A program made the position numbers and the translations under genes. A stretch of 64,000 nt of DNA from Escherichia coli (GTDB lineage: Bacteria; Pseudomonadota; Gammaproteobacteria; Enterobacterales; Enterobacteriaceae). Where the stretch lies: assembly GCF_024298765.1 (NCBI RefSeq), contig NZ_CP101210.1, one strand, 5' to 3'. The notes beneath the pieces were generated by a model. That model was not told the origin of the DNA. It worked only from the letters and a program-made list of their open reading frames with translations, and searched no databases. Positions 34,415-46,000 of the stretch are shown here, one piece after another; within the stretch, counting starts at the first letter, position 1; every line of letters starts with the position of its first letter.

Positions 34415-34464
34415 TCAATATTGCACACACCGGGGGGATGAGAAGCCCCGACCGGGGTACTTAG

Positions 34465-35151
34465 TTAATGCAACGGTTCACCCTTTGTCGCCGCGGCTAA
34501 TGGGCGAATTTTGTCACGGGTATCCCAGACCGGAGGGATTTCATCCAATTTAGTGACAGAAGCTCGTACAAAAGGCACCCGTGCAATAGTCATAATCGTA
34601 TTCAACCAACGGTCACGAATAATGCGATCTGCCCTTTCATGACTCGGATCATCCAGCTCAATAACACAGACTATTTTGTTGTTCTTCTTTGAAACCAGAA
34701 CATAATCCATTGCCATTCCATTATAAATTGCAAAGAAACGCTTTCTTTCTTCTTCGCTAAACTCGGGTTGTTCTGGAAAGTTGATCAAGCGCCCCAGAGA
34801 GACCTGGCAATGGATATGACAATAATGTCCAAACCATTTCTCCAGATTATCAAAATAGATTTTTTCACAACGCGTAATTAACCACTCTTTTCCTTCCAAT
34901 AAAATACCTTCGGCAACCATTCCATGAAATAACTCATCTCGTTCTTGCCAACGAGAATCACGATAGGTTTTCTGCGGTGTATAGCTCCTTGTCGACGCCT
35001 TAGCAGCAGGGGGAGTTGCAGATGAAGGGACTGGTTGCGATTTAGAGATGATCACCGATGAGGCAACTTTTCGGAGTGTCAATTTTCTGGCAACAACAAA
35101 ACCGGCGACAAATGCAATTGTCAAACAAGTTACAAAAGCCATAAAGCTCAT
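34465..35151 (-). CDS. Hypothetical membrane-anchored protein with a DUF2726-like (endonuclease-fold) C-terminal domain, 228 aa
   Basis: The N-terminal TM segment is FMAFVTCLTIAFVAGFVVA. The C-terminal MDYVLVSKKNNKIVCVIELDDPSHERADRIIRDRWLNTIMTIARVPFVR resembles the DUF2726 pattern as I recall it. This was not verified. Confidence 0.6.
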   Translation of the reverse strand: MSFMAFVTCLTIAFVAGFVVARKLTLRKVASSVIISKSQPVPSSATPPAAKASTRSYTPQKTYRDSRWQERDELFHGMVAEGILLEGKEWLITRCEKIYFDNLEKWFGHYCHIHCQVSLGRLINFPEQPEFSEEERKRFFAIYNGMAMDYVLVSKKNNKIVCVIELDDPSHERADRIIRDRWLNTIMTIARVPFVRASVTKLDEIPPVWDTRDKIRPLAAATKGEPLH

Positions 35152-35667
35152 AATTAATTTTCACCTATCCATGTTGATTATATTTCATTACCAACGTTAC
35201 TCGCTGTAGCGTGTTACATGCCAACAATTCAACGATCAATATATAGTTAGTATCATGTTTTTATTATTACAACCACCCCTATTTTGCCATTGCGGCTTGC
35301 CTTCCACAAAAAATAAAAACACAAAACATTAGCCAAAGAATTAATTAAGATTAACCTGACATTTTTAATGTTATCCCTAAAAAATATAATCAGGAGAATA
35401 TATTCGGTGTTAATCAGTCAGTCAAATTTTGGCTCATTGTTGATTAAACCTCATACGCAAAATTGGCACCAGACCTCCTGTACAGGTTGAATGGCTGGAA
35501 AAAGATAGGCAAAAAACTCTCCGCGCTGGCGGCATTACATTGGTCGCGTGCTATGACGAAAAATGCCTGGTAAAAGTATCTAAACCAGAATTAATTTCAG
35601 CTTATCAACACGCTCAAAGTCGCCCCCCAGAACGTTAACCTGAAGTGAAAGTCTTTGCTGTTAATGA

Positions 35668-35697
35668 AATAAAACAAAGCCCGGTTCGCCCGGGCTC
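35668..35697 (-). terminator. Rho-independent terminator after phoH
   Basis: On the minus strand, AGCCCGG gcgaa CCGGGCT is followed by TTGTTTTATTT. Confidence 0.8.
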
Positions 35698-35713
35698 TGC
35701 GCCGATAATACAC

Positions 35714-36637
35714 TTAACTGTATGCATGTAGCGTACGTTGGCAAAGTGCCGAACGTACGCAATCCTCTTTACCGAATCGGACGATCCCGACCATTTCATC
35801 TTCTTCGAAACGTTCCAGCGCGTCACTTAATCCGGAGCGCACGCCGCGAGGCAAATCGCATTGCGTGATATCACCGTTGACGATAACCGTCACGTTCTCC
35901 CCGAGGCGGGTTAAAAACATTTTCATTTGCGCGGCAGTCACATTCTGCGCCTCGTCAAGAATGACGACTGCATTTTCAAAGGTACGTCCACGCATATAGG
36001 CGAACGGCGCAATTTCCACCTTCCCTATTTCCGGTCGCAGGCAGTACTGCATAAAGGAAGCCCCTAAGCGCCGAACCAGCACGTCGTAGACCGGGCGAAA
36101 ATAGGGAGCAAACTTTTCTGCGATATCACCAGGTAAGAAGCCAAGATCTTCATCGGCTTGCAGAACTGGACGGGTGACGATAATCCTGTCGACATCCTTA
36201 TGTATCAGGGCCTCTGCCGCTTTTGCTGCGCTGATCCAGGTTTTTCCGCACCCGGCTTCGCCCGTGGCGAATATCAGCTGCTTACTCTCAATAGCCTTCA
36301 GATAGTGCAATTGCGCTTCATTTCGCGCGAGGATGGGCGAGGTATCGCGACTATCGCGGGCCATACCAATGGCTTCTACGCCGCTCATTTGCACAAGCGA
36401 GGTGACCGATTCTTCTTCACGCTGCTTATGGCTGCGCGAATCCCGTCTCAGCACACGTTTTGCCTCGCGACGAGCTTTGATCACTGCTTTTTGTCTTCCC
36501 ATGGAGAGCACCTTGAGTTGTTTGTATTCATCACACGCGCCGTTGGCAGCGCGATTATGCGCACGAACATCAGAGGGTTGGCTTCCTTGTAAGCCATAGT
36601 TTGCTTTTGGATAAAATGCCGAAAAACGGCTACGCAC
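35714..36637 (-). CDS. phoH: PhoH, phosphate-starvation-inducible ATPase
   Basis: ORF 35714..36637 starts at GTG. An ATG at 36502 (MGRQKAVIKARREAKR...) would give 262 aa. The protein has a Walker A motif GEAGCGKT. The start is uncertain. Confidence 0.9.
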   Translation of the reverse strand: MRSRFSAFYPKANYGLQGSQPSDVRAHNRAANGACDEYKQLKVLSMGRQKAVIKARREAKRVLRRDSRSHKQREEESVTSLVQMSGVEAIGMARDSRDTSPILARNEAQLHYLKAIESKQLIFATGEAGCGKTWISAAKAAEALIHKDVDRIIVTRPVLQADEDLGFLPGDIAEKFAPYFRPVYDVLVRRLGASFMQYCLRPEIGKVEIAPFAYMRGRTFENAVVILDEAQNVTAAQMKMFLTRLGENVTVIVNGDITQCDLPRGVRSGLSDALERFEEDEMVGIVRFGKEDCVRSALCQRTLHAYS

Positions 36638-36926
36638 ACCGTTTGCGGCGTCGGTAACACGAGTAAAGAGAGGAAGTGAGAAAAATACAGAGTGACGAAG
36701 TTGCTACCGGAGGAGAAATCTCCGCGAGTGGTGGAGCCTTGCTTAACAAAACATTGTCCAGAACAGGACGTTACCATCCGCGATCTCCATAGTGACTGAC
36801 TATCACTGCCGGGAACTTCCGCTGCTACTTAATAATTACAACAGATTTCGCATTCATTGCAACAATATATTCACTTACATTTAACCATAAAACACCATTT
36901 CAGTGACATTAGTTTCTACTGGAAAG

Positions 36927-36944
36927 ATGACAAAGTGATGACAG
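36927..36944 (-). promoter_or_regulatory. Pho box (PhoB binding site) upstream of phoH
   Basis: The minus strand reads CTGTCATCACTTTGTCAT, two 7-bp direct repeats (CTGTCAT / TTGTCAT) separated by 4 bp. Confidence 0.75.
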
Positions 36945-36996
36945 AGATGAAAAAAGCTGTGTGCTTTCAGCAGGATTCGCAGGGCTGGTAAAAGCT

Positions 36997-37120
36997 TGCC
37001 GGATGCGGCGTGAACGCCTTATCCGGCCTACCGACCCGCACCGATTGTAGGCATGATAAGACGCGCATGCGTCGCATCAGCGCACGAACGCCTGGTGCGG
37101 CACGAACGCCTTATCCGCCT
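36997..37120. repeat. REP/BIME cluster
   Basis: TGCCGGATGCGGCGTGAACGCCTTATCCGGCCTAC, GTAGGCATGATAAGACGCGCATGCGTCGCATCAG and a third REP (GCGGCACGAACGCCTTATCCGCCT). Confidence 0.85.
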
Positions 37121-37127
37121 GAAAACA

Positions 37128-38399
37128 TTAAACCCGCAATAACGCGCTTCCGAGATAATCGTTCGTGTCCTTCACCCCCGGCAGCGCAAAAAAATAACCG
37201 CCGCCGATAGGTTTAACGTATTCCTCCAGCGCTTCGCCATTGAGCCTTTTTTGTACTGTCAGGAAGCCTTTTTCCAGATCGTGTTGATAGCAGACAAACA
37301 GTAGCCCCATATCCAGTTGTCCGGAGTTGGTGACGCCCAACGAATAACTGTAGCCACGACGCAGCATCAGACTTGACTCACTCTCTGGCGTGCGGGGATT
37401 CGCCAGCCGGATATGGCTGTCCAGCGCAATCACCTTCCCTTCCGGATCGCTGGCGTAATCGGGAACATCATGCTCATGCTGCATTCCCAGCGGCGCGCCG
37501 GTTTGCTTATCACGCCCAAATATCGTCTGCTGTTCTTTCAGCGGCGTTCTGTCCCAAAATTCCACCCGAAACTGAATCAACCGCACCGCCTGGTAGCTGC
37601 CGCCGATTGTCCACGCAGGCTCCTGCTGATCTGCCGTCACCCACACCACTTTTTGCATCAACTTATCATTCTGGCTATCGGGATTGGCAGTGCCGTCTTT
37701 GAAACCCAGCAAATTAATCGGCGTCTCTTTGCCTTTACTACGCGCCGCGTGATCGGAAATAAACCCTTCCCGCTTCCAGCGCACACTGAGCAAATCCGGC
37801 GTGTGTTTGATGATATCGCGCAGCGCATGGATCACCGTATCCTGGGTGTTGGCGCAAATTTGTAGCAACACATCACCATGACATAATGCTGCATCAAGCG
37901 AGTCGTTGGGGAAACGCGTCATCTTCTGCAACTTTTTCGGCATCTGTGGCGCAAGACCAAACCGTTCATCAAACAACGAGTGACCCACCGATAACGTGAT
38001 GGTGAGATTATCGGGCGCAATGTAGCCGCCAAGAATGCCGGAATCGAGTGGTGGCAGGCGCGGATTTGGCGTTTCTGGTGCCGCTCCGCCCTGAGTCAGA
38101 AAAGCAAAACGCTGAGTCAACAAGCGAAACAACCGTTCAAGATCGGCTTTATCGCTGGCAAGCACATCAAACGCCACCAGCATCATTGCAGCCTGTTGTG
38201 GTGTCAGGATCCCTGCCTGATGCTCACCATAAAACGGCTGTTTCTCATTGCGTGCATCCGGTGAAAGCGTACCCGGCGCACTTTGCGTTTTTTGTGCATG
38301 AGCGACCGGACAACTTCCCGCCAGCGCCAGTGCACCAATCCCTTTCAGTAAACGTCGGCGTGACGGTTCATTCACGCCGTTTTCATCTTTATACTGCAT
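37128..38399 (-). CDS. efeB: Dye-decolourising-type haem peroxidase / deferrochelatase EfeB (Tat-exported)
   Basis: 423-aa ORF with a twin-arginine signal [17 protein letters not shown]. Confidence 0.94.
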   Translation of the reverse strand: MQYKDENGVNEPSRRRLLKGIGALALAGSCPVAHAQKTQSAPGTLSPDARNEKQPFYGEHQAGILTPQQAAMMLVAFDVLASDKADLERLFRLLTQRFAFLTQGGAAPETPNPRLPPLDSGILGGYIAPDNLTITLSVGHSLFDERFGLAPQMPKKLQKMTRFPNDSLDAALCHGDVLLQICANTQDTVIHALRDIIKHTPDLLSVRWKREGFISDHAARSKGKETPINLLGFKDGTANPDSQNDKLMQKVVWVTADQQEPAWTIGGSYQAVRLIQFRVEFWDRTPLKEQQTIFGRDKQTGAPLGMQHEHDVPDYASDPEGKVIALDSHIRLANPRTPESESSLMLRRGYSYSLGVTNSGQLDMGLLFVCYQHDLEKGFLTVQKRLNGEALEEYVKPIGGGYFFALPGVKDTNDYLGSALLRV

Positions 38400-38404
38400 A
38401 ACGT

Positions 38405-39532
38405 TTAATCCAGTCCCAGCACACCGCGAAGTTGCGCCAGATCTTCCGCCAGCGCAGTAATCGGTCCTTTCAGTGCATTCCGGTCGGCATCGGTCAATTT
38501 GTCGTAGGTTTCAAAACCGTCTTTAGTACGGTATTTCGCCAGAATGGTATCGACCTTTTTAAAGTTGGCATCGACTTTTGCCAACAGTTCCGGGTTGGCT
38601 TTTTGCAGTTGTGGACGCAGTAGATCGACAATTTTCTGCGAGCCTTCAACGTTAGCCTGGAAATCCCACAGATCGGTGTGGCTGTAGCGATCTTCTTCAC
38701 CGCTGATTTTGCTGGCTGCCACTTCCTCAATCAGTCCGGCTGCACCGCCGACCACTTTTGAAGGTGGGAAAGCCAGTTCACTGATGCGTTTTTGCAAATC
38801 GACCACATCGGTATAAAGCTGGTCAGCGTACTTATCCATTCCTTTGGTGGTGTTGTCGCCAAACAATGCTTTTTCCAGACGGTGGAAACCGGTGAATTTT
38901 GGATCGGCGGCTTTTTGCTCATAATCATCTTCACGGGCGTCAATGCTACCATCCAGATCGGAGAACAGTTCAGCAATCGGTTCAATGCGCTCATAGTGCT
39001 GGCGCGTCGGCGCATACAGTGCTTTTGCTTTTTCGATATCGCCTGCTTTAATAGCGTCGGTAAAGGCTTTGGTGTCGGCCACCAGCTGCGTGGTTTCCGC
39101 CATGACATACGCTTTATATGCAGTAATTGCACCACCAAGACTTAACAGCGCATCACTTTGCGCCGCATCCGCCGTTGCCTCACCTTTGACAATCAACTTC
39201 CCTTTCGGGTTAGTCAGCAGACCGCAGGTCATATCGTATTCGCCAGGCTGTAAATTCGCCGTCATTTTCTGGCTAAAGCCAGGGGCGATATTTTCTCGCT
39301 CTTCCACCACCATCACGCCTTTGAGGATCTCCCACTCCAGCGCCTTCTGGCTGTGGTTCTGAATAATGAACTGTGTTTTCCCGGCGTTAACCGTAATGGT
39401 CATCGGTTCGCACTGCTTATCCGTCACGGTGACTTTGACTTGCGGCACATCAGCGGCGTTAGCCATAAAAGCGGAAGAAAACAGCACAGCCACACTCAAC
39501 TGCAATGCGTTACGGCGGAAGTTAATGGTCAT
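38405..39532 (-). CDS. efeO: Periplasmic iron uptake component EfeO
   Basis: 375-aa ORF with a signal peptide, followed by a cupredoxin-like domain and an M75-like domain. Confidence 0.94.
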   Translation of the reverse strand: MTINFRRNALQLSVAVLFSSAFMANAADVPQVKVTVTDKQCEPMTITVNAGKTQFIIQNHSQKALEWEILKGVMVVEERENIAPGFSQKMTANLQPGEYDMTCGLLTNPKGKLIVKGEATADAAQSDALLSLGGAITAYKAYVMAETTQLVADTKAFTDAIKAGDIEKAKALYAPTRQHYERIEPIAELFSDLDGSIDAREDDYEQKAADPKFTGFHRLEKALFGDNTTKGMDKYADQLYTDVVDLQKRISELAFPPSKVVGGAAGLIEEVAASKISGEEDRYSHTDLWDFQANVEGSQKIVDLLRPQLQKANPELLAKVDANFKKVDTILAKYRTKDGFETYDKLTDADRNALKGPITALAEDLAQLRGVLGLD

Positions 39533-39589
39533 GACGAGACTATCCCTTTAAAGTATGTTGTAACTAAGCAAGAGTTTGCGTCGTATTTG

Positions 39590-40420
39590 CTACGCAGAGC
39601 GAGACGCTGTCGCCCCTGCACGTGGTGGCAGGGCAAATGCCACCAGCGCCGGGATGAGATAAATAAACCAGACGGCGACTTCGCTGACACTTGGCGCTTC
39701 CTGATAGCCAAAAATCCCTTCCATCAGCGTGCCAAACAGCGAGTGAGTTGACAGCACCGCGCTCATATCGAAGGCGATTTCCTGAAAGTGGTTCCACAAT
39801 CCGGCTTCATGAAATGCGCGAATGGCACCAGCTGCCAGCCCAGCGGCGACGAAGAGAATAAACAGACTGGTCCATTTAAAAAATGCACCAAGATTGAGGC
39901 GAATACCGCCCCAGTAGAGCAGGAAGCCGAGCACCACGGCTGTAGCAAGACCGAGCATTGCACCCAGCGGCGGCCAGATCCCGACATCTTGTTGAAATGC
40001 CGCCAGCAGGAAAAAGACCGACTCCAGCCCTTCCCTTGCAACGGCAAAAAAGACCATCATCACCAGCGCCCAGCCATGATGATTTCCACGCTGCAATGCG
40101 CTATCGACTGCCTGTTCCAGTTGCACTTTGACGTTGCGCGACACTTTACGCATCCAGAAAACCATCCAGGTAAGGATCACCACGGCGATCACCGCCACGA
40201 TACCTTCAAACAGTTCCTGTTCTTTTTGCGGGAATTCGCCGGTGGTTTCGTTAATGAAGATACCCAAGCCCAGGCACAACGCAGCGGCAAGCAACACGCC
40301 AATCCACATCACACTAATCCATCGGCCTCGCTGGGTACGCTTAAGATAGCTGGCAATCAAACTGACAATCAGCGCGGCTTCAAGTCCTTCGCGCAACATA
40401 ATGAGAAACGGAACAAACAT
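39590..40420 (-). CDS. efeU: Ferrous iron permease EfeU (FTR1 family), intact 276 aa
   Basis: ORF 39590..40429. The start MFVPFLIMLREGLEAALIV carries the first REGLE motif, and the second is in AREGLESVFF. The reading frame is uninterrupted. Confidence 0.92.
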   Translation of the reverse strand: MFVPFLIMLREGLEAALIVSLIASYLKRTQRGRWISVMWIGVLLAAALCLGLGIFINETTGEFPQKEQELFEGIVAVIAVVILTWMVFWMRKVSRNVKVQLEQAVDSALQRGNHHGWALVMMVFFAVAREGLESVFFLLAAFQQDVGIWPPLGAMLGLATAVVLGFLLYWGGIRLNLGAFFKWTSLFILFVAAGLAAGAIRAFHEAGLWNHFQEIAFDMSAVLSTHSLFGTLMEGIFGYQEAPSVSEVAVWFIYLIPALVAFALPPRAGATASRSA

Positions 40421-40479
40421 GCCACCCACCCTTAAACGTTTTTCTGAGTCAATCTATGCAAAGAAAAGTAAATCGCAGT

Positions 40480-40497
40480 GATAGCGATTATCATTAC
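40480..40497 (-). promoter_or_regulatory. Fur box upstream of efeU
   Basis: The minus strand reads GTAATGATAATCGCTATC. This matches 15 of 17 positions of the Fur consensus core TAATGATAATCATTATC. Confidence 0.7.
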
Positions 40498-40789
40498 GGC
40501 AAAGAAAAATACAAGCGGAATGTTTATAAAATGATGTTGGAATGTAAACAAAGAGAGGTAATGGCAGGGGATATAAACGATTATTCCAGGTACAAAGATG
40601 GGATTGTTTACAACGAGCCATGTGTTCTTGCCAGATGCCGCGTAAACGCCTTATCCAGCCGACAAAACTGTCCAGACTCAATGCATCAGAGCTTCCATGT
40701 AAAACTGATAAGCGGGTGTATCAAGCAATTTCGTCCATCCGCGATTATCAAATCTAACTTTTTGCCCGGAACATAATAACAGCTCGGGT

Positions 40790-41000
40790 GTTGGTGGCGT
40801 CAAAGTCGCTGAAGCGTTCCCCGAAGGCCGGGGCAGCCCACATGGATGTGGGCTGAGGGCGCGTCTTACAGGACATTACCTCGCGCCCGACCCGGTAGCC
40901 GAAGGGGATAAGCTGAAGGTACCGCGCAGCGGCGATTTTGTTCGCCAGAGCCCGGGGTGCAGGGGGTGGCGGCGATTGGCCGCCCCCTGCACCATTCAAT
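40790..41000. repeat. GC-rich, hairpin-dense intergenic module between efeU and putP
   Basis: It contains the palindrome CAGCCCACAT-gg-ATGTGGGCTG (40834-40855) and a stem of about 14 bp, GTGCAGGGGGTGGC...GCCGCCCCCTGCAC (40957-40992). Its composition differs from the AT-rich surroundings. Confidence 0.5.
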
Positions 41001-41073
41001 TTATATGGCGAGGCACATTAAGGGAGCGCAACCCGCTGCTGAAGCCAAACAAAACCGCCGCAGGCTAAGTCCC

Positions 41074-42582
<1,509 letters not shown>

Positions 42583-42770
42583 CTAAAGTCTCCAAAAAAT
42601 TATTATCGGCAATGTCGAAACTTGCCGTTATATCTGCCACCGGAACGGGGTAACAGAGTTTATGTTTTACCAGGGCGACCGTATCCTGCCGGAAGCGCTG
42701 GTTATTCACAATCGATTTAACACACCATTTACATTAAATTTTAGTGCTCAGCGACACTATTTTTCATCAG

Positions 42771-42978
42771 GTTGCACTCTCTCACATTTTTTGCGGTTGC
42801 ACCTTTCAAAAATGTTAACTGCCGCAGAGAAAAAGTCTGAGTTATTTTTTTAATCCCTGTCATATCGATTTCGTTTATTAACATTTCATTCATTTTTAAG
42901 CTTGCTACGCAGGTCACATTTAACACAGTTGCACAAAGTTGCAACATCATGGATATTTCACGATAACGTTAAGTTGCA
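42771..42978. promoter_or_regulatory. put control region with five GTTGCA PutA operator motifs
   Basis: GTTGCA occurs at 42771, 42796, 42928, 42938 and 42973. Five GTTGCA sites are what I recall as published for the put intergenic region. Confidence 0.8.
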
Positions 42979-43004
42979 CCTTTCAGAACAACAGGAGTAA
43001 TGGC

Positions 43005-46000
43005 ATGGGAACCACCACCATGGGGGTTAAGCTGGACGACGCGACGCGTGAGCGTATTAAGTCTGCCGCGACACGTATCGATCGCACGCCACACTGGTTA
43101 ATTAAACAGGCGATTTTTTCTTATCTTGAACAACTGGAAAACAGCGATACTCTGCCGGAGCTACCTGCGCTGCTTTCTGGCGCTGCCAATGAGAGCGATG
43201 AAGCACCGACTCCGGCAGAGGAACCACACCAGCCTTTCCTCGACTTTGCCGAGCAAATTTTGCCCCAGTCGGTTTCCCGCGCCGCGATCACCGCTGCCTA
43301 TCGCCGTCCGGAAACCGAAGCGGTTTCGATGCTGCTGGAACAAGCTCGCCTGCCGCAGCCAGTTGCTGAACAGGCGCACAAACTGGCGTATCAACTGGCC
43401 GATAAACTGCGTAATCAAAAAAACGCCAGTGGTCGCGCAGGTATGGTTCAGGGGTTATTGCAGGAGTTTTCGTTGTCATCGCAGGAAGGCGTGGCGCTGA
43501 TGTGTCTGGCGGAAGCGTTGTTGCGTATTCCCGACAAAGCCACCCGTGATGCGTTAATTCGCGACAAAATCAGCAACGGTAACTGGCAGTCACACATTGG
43601 TCGTAGCCCGTCGTTGTTTGTTAATGCCGCCACCTGGGGGCTGCTGTTTACCGGCAAACTGGTTTCCACCCATAACGAAGCCAGCCTCTCCCGCTCGCTG
43701 AACCGCATTATCGGTAAGAGCGGTGAACCGCTGATCCGCAAAGGTGTGGATATGGCGATGCGCCTGATGGGCGAGCAGTTCGTCACTGGCGAAACCATCG
43801 CAGAAGCGTTAGCCAATGCCCGCAAGCTGGAAGAAAAAGGTTTCCGTTACTCTTACGATATGCTGGGCGAAGCTGCACTGACCGCCGCAGATGCACAGGC
43901 GTATATGGTTTCCTATCAGCAGGCGATTCACGCCATTGGTAAAGCGTCTAACGGTCGTGGCATCTATGAAGGTCCGGGCATTTCAATCAAGCTGTCGGCG
44001 CTGCATCCGCGTTACAGCCGCGCCCAGTATGACCGGGTAATGGAAGAGCTTTACCCGCGTCTGAAATCACTCACCCTGCTGGCGCGTCAGTACGATATTG
44101 GTATTAACATCGATGCCGAAGAGGCCGATCGTCTGGAGATCTCCCTCGATCTGCTGGAAAAACTCTGTTTCGAGCCGGAACTGGCAGGCTGGAACGGCAT
44201 CGGTTTTGTTATTCAGGCTTATCAAAAACGCTGCCCACTGGTGATTGATTACCTGATTGATCTCGCCACCCGCAGCCGTCGCCGTCTGATGATTCGCCTG
44301 GTGAAAGGCGCGTACTGGGATAGTGAAATCAAGCGCGCGCAGATGGACGGCCTTGAAGGTTATCCGGTTTATACCCGCAAGGTGTATACCGACGTTTCAT
44401 ATCTCGCCTGTGCGAAAAAGCTGCTGGCGGTGCCGAATCTAATCTACCCGCAGTTCGCAACGCATAACGCCCATACGCTGGCGGCAATTTATCAACTGGC
44501 GGGTCAGAACTACTACCCGGGTCAGTACGAGTTCCAGTGCCTGCACGGTATGGGCGAGCCACTGTATGAGCAGGTCACCGGGAAAGTTGCCGACGGCAAA
44601 CTTAACCGTCCGTGTCGTATTTATGCTCCTGTCGGTACCCATGAAACGCTGCTGGCGTATCTGGTGCGTCGCCTGCTGGAAAACGGTGCTAACACCTCGT
44701 TTGTTAACCGTATTGCTGACACCTCTTTGCCACTGGATGAACTGGTTGCCGATCCGGTCACTGCTGTAGAAAAACTGGCGCAACAGGAAGGGCAAACTGG
44801 ATTACCGCATCCGAAAATTCCCCTGCCGCGCGATCTTTACGGTGACGGGCGCGACAACTCGGCAGGGCTGGATCTCGCCAATGAACACCGGCTGGCCTCG
44901 CTCTCTTCTGCCCTGCTCAATAGTGCACTGCAAAAATGGCAGGCCTTGCCAATGCTGGAACAATCGGTCGCGGCTGGTGAGATGTCGCCCGTTATTAACC
45001 CTGCGGAACCGAAAGATATTGTGGGCTTTGTGCGTGAAGCCACGCCGCGTGAAGTAGAACAGGCGCTGGAAAGTGCGGTTAATAACGCGCCAATCTGGTT
45101 TGCCACTCCTCCGGCTGAACGCGCGGCGATTTTGCATCGCGCTGCTGTGCTGATGGAAAGCCAGATGCAGCAACTGATTGGTATTCTGGTGCGTGAGGCC
45201 GGAAAAACCTTCAGTAACGCCATTGCCGAAGTGCGCGAAGCGGTCGATTTTCTCCACTACTACGCCGGACAGGTGCGGGATGATTTCGCTAACGAAACCC
45301 ACCGTCCATTAGGGCCTGTGGTATGTATCAGTCCGTGGAACTTCCCGCTGGCGATTTTCACCGGGCAGATCGCTGCCGCACTGGCGGCAGGTAACAGCGT
45401 ACTGGCAAAACCGGCAGAACAAACGCCGCTGATTGCCGCGCAAGGGATCGCCATTTTGCTGGAAGCGGGTGTACCGCCAGGCGTGGTGCAATTGCTGCCA
45501 GGTCGGGGTGAAACCGTGGGCGCGCAACTGACGGGTGATGAACGCGTGCGCGGGGTGATGTTTACCGGTTCAACCGAAGTCGCTACGTTACTGCAGCGCA
45601 ATATCGCCAGCCGCCTGGACGCTCAGGGTCGCCCTATTCCGCTCATCGCTGAAACCGGCGGTATGAACGCGATGATTGTCGATTCTTCAGCACTGACCGA
45701 ACAGGTCGTCGTGGATGTACTGGCCTCGGCGTTCGACAGTGCAGGCCAACGTTGTTCGGCGCTGCGCGTGCTGTGTTTACAAGATGAAATTGCCGACCAC
45801 ACGTTGAAAATGCTGCGCGGCGCAATGGCCGAATGCCGGATGGGTAATCCGGGTCGCCTGACCACCGATATCGGTCCGGTGATTGATAGCGAAGCGAAAG
45901 CCAATATTGAGCGTCATATTCAGACTATGCGTAGTAAAGGCCGTCCGGTGTTCCAGGCGGTGCGGGAAAACAGTGAAGATGCCCGTGAATGGCAAAGCGG

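Larger units (their letters stand above)
33108..34417 (+). mobile_element. IS3-family insertion sequence (1,310 bp), probably defective
   Basis: The terminal inverted repeats are TGACCCGTCCTGAATAGCGTTGAC and, as the reverse complement of the right end, TGACTAGTCCTGATATAAGTTGAC. A 3-bp target duplication ATA lies at 33105-33107 and 34418-34420. The element has orfA/orfB with an A AAA AAG slippery site. Confidence 0.9.

Noticed and set aside
36481-36777. A 98-aa minus-strand ORF (MVTSCSGQCFVKQG...) upstream of and overlapping the phoH 5' region, considered as a possible alternative long PhoH N-terminus.
   Set aside because: It is in a different frame from the conserved PhoH domain in this sequence, and I cannot verify from memory what the K-12 long form looks like. 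I left it unannotated and flagged the phoH start as uncertain.
40754-40999. An 81-aa Pro/Ala/Gly-rich minus-strand ORF in the efeU-putP spacer.
   Set aside because: It lies entirely within a GC-rich palindromic repeat block, so the open frame is explained by composition. No start context is present.
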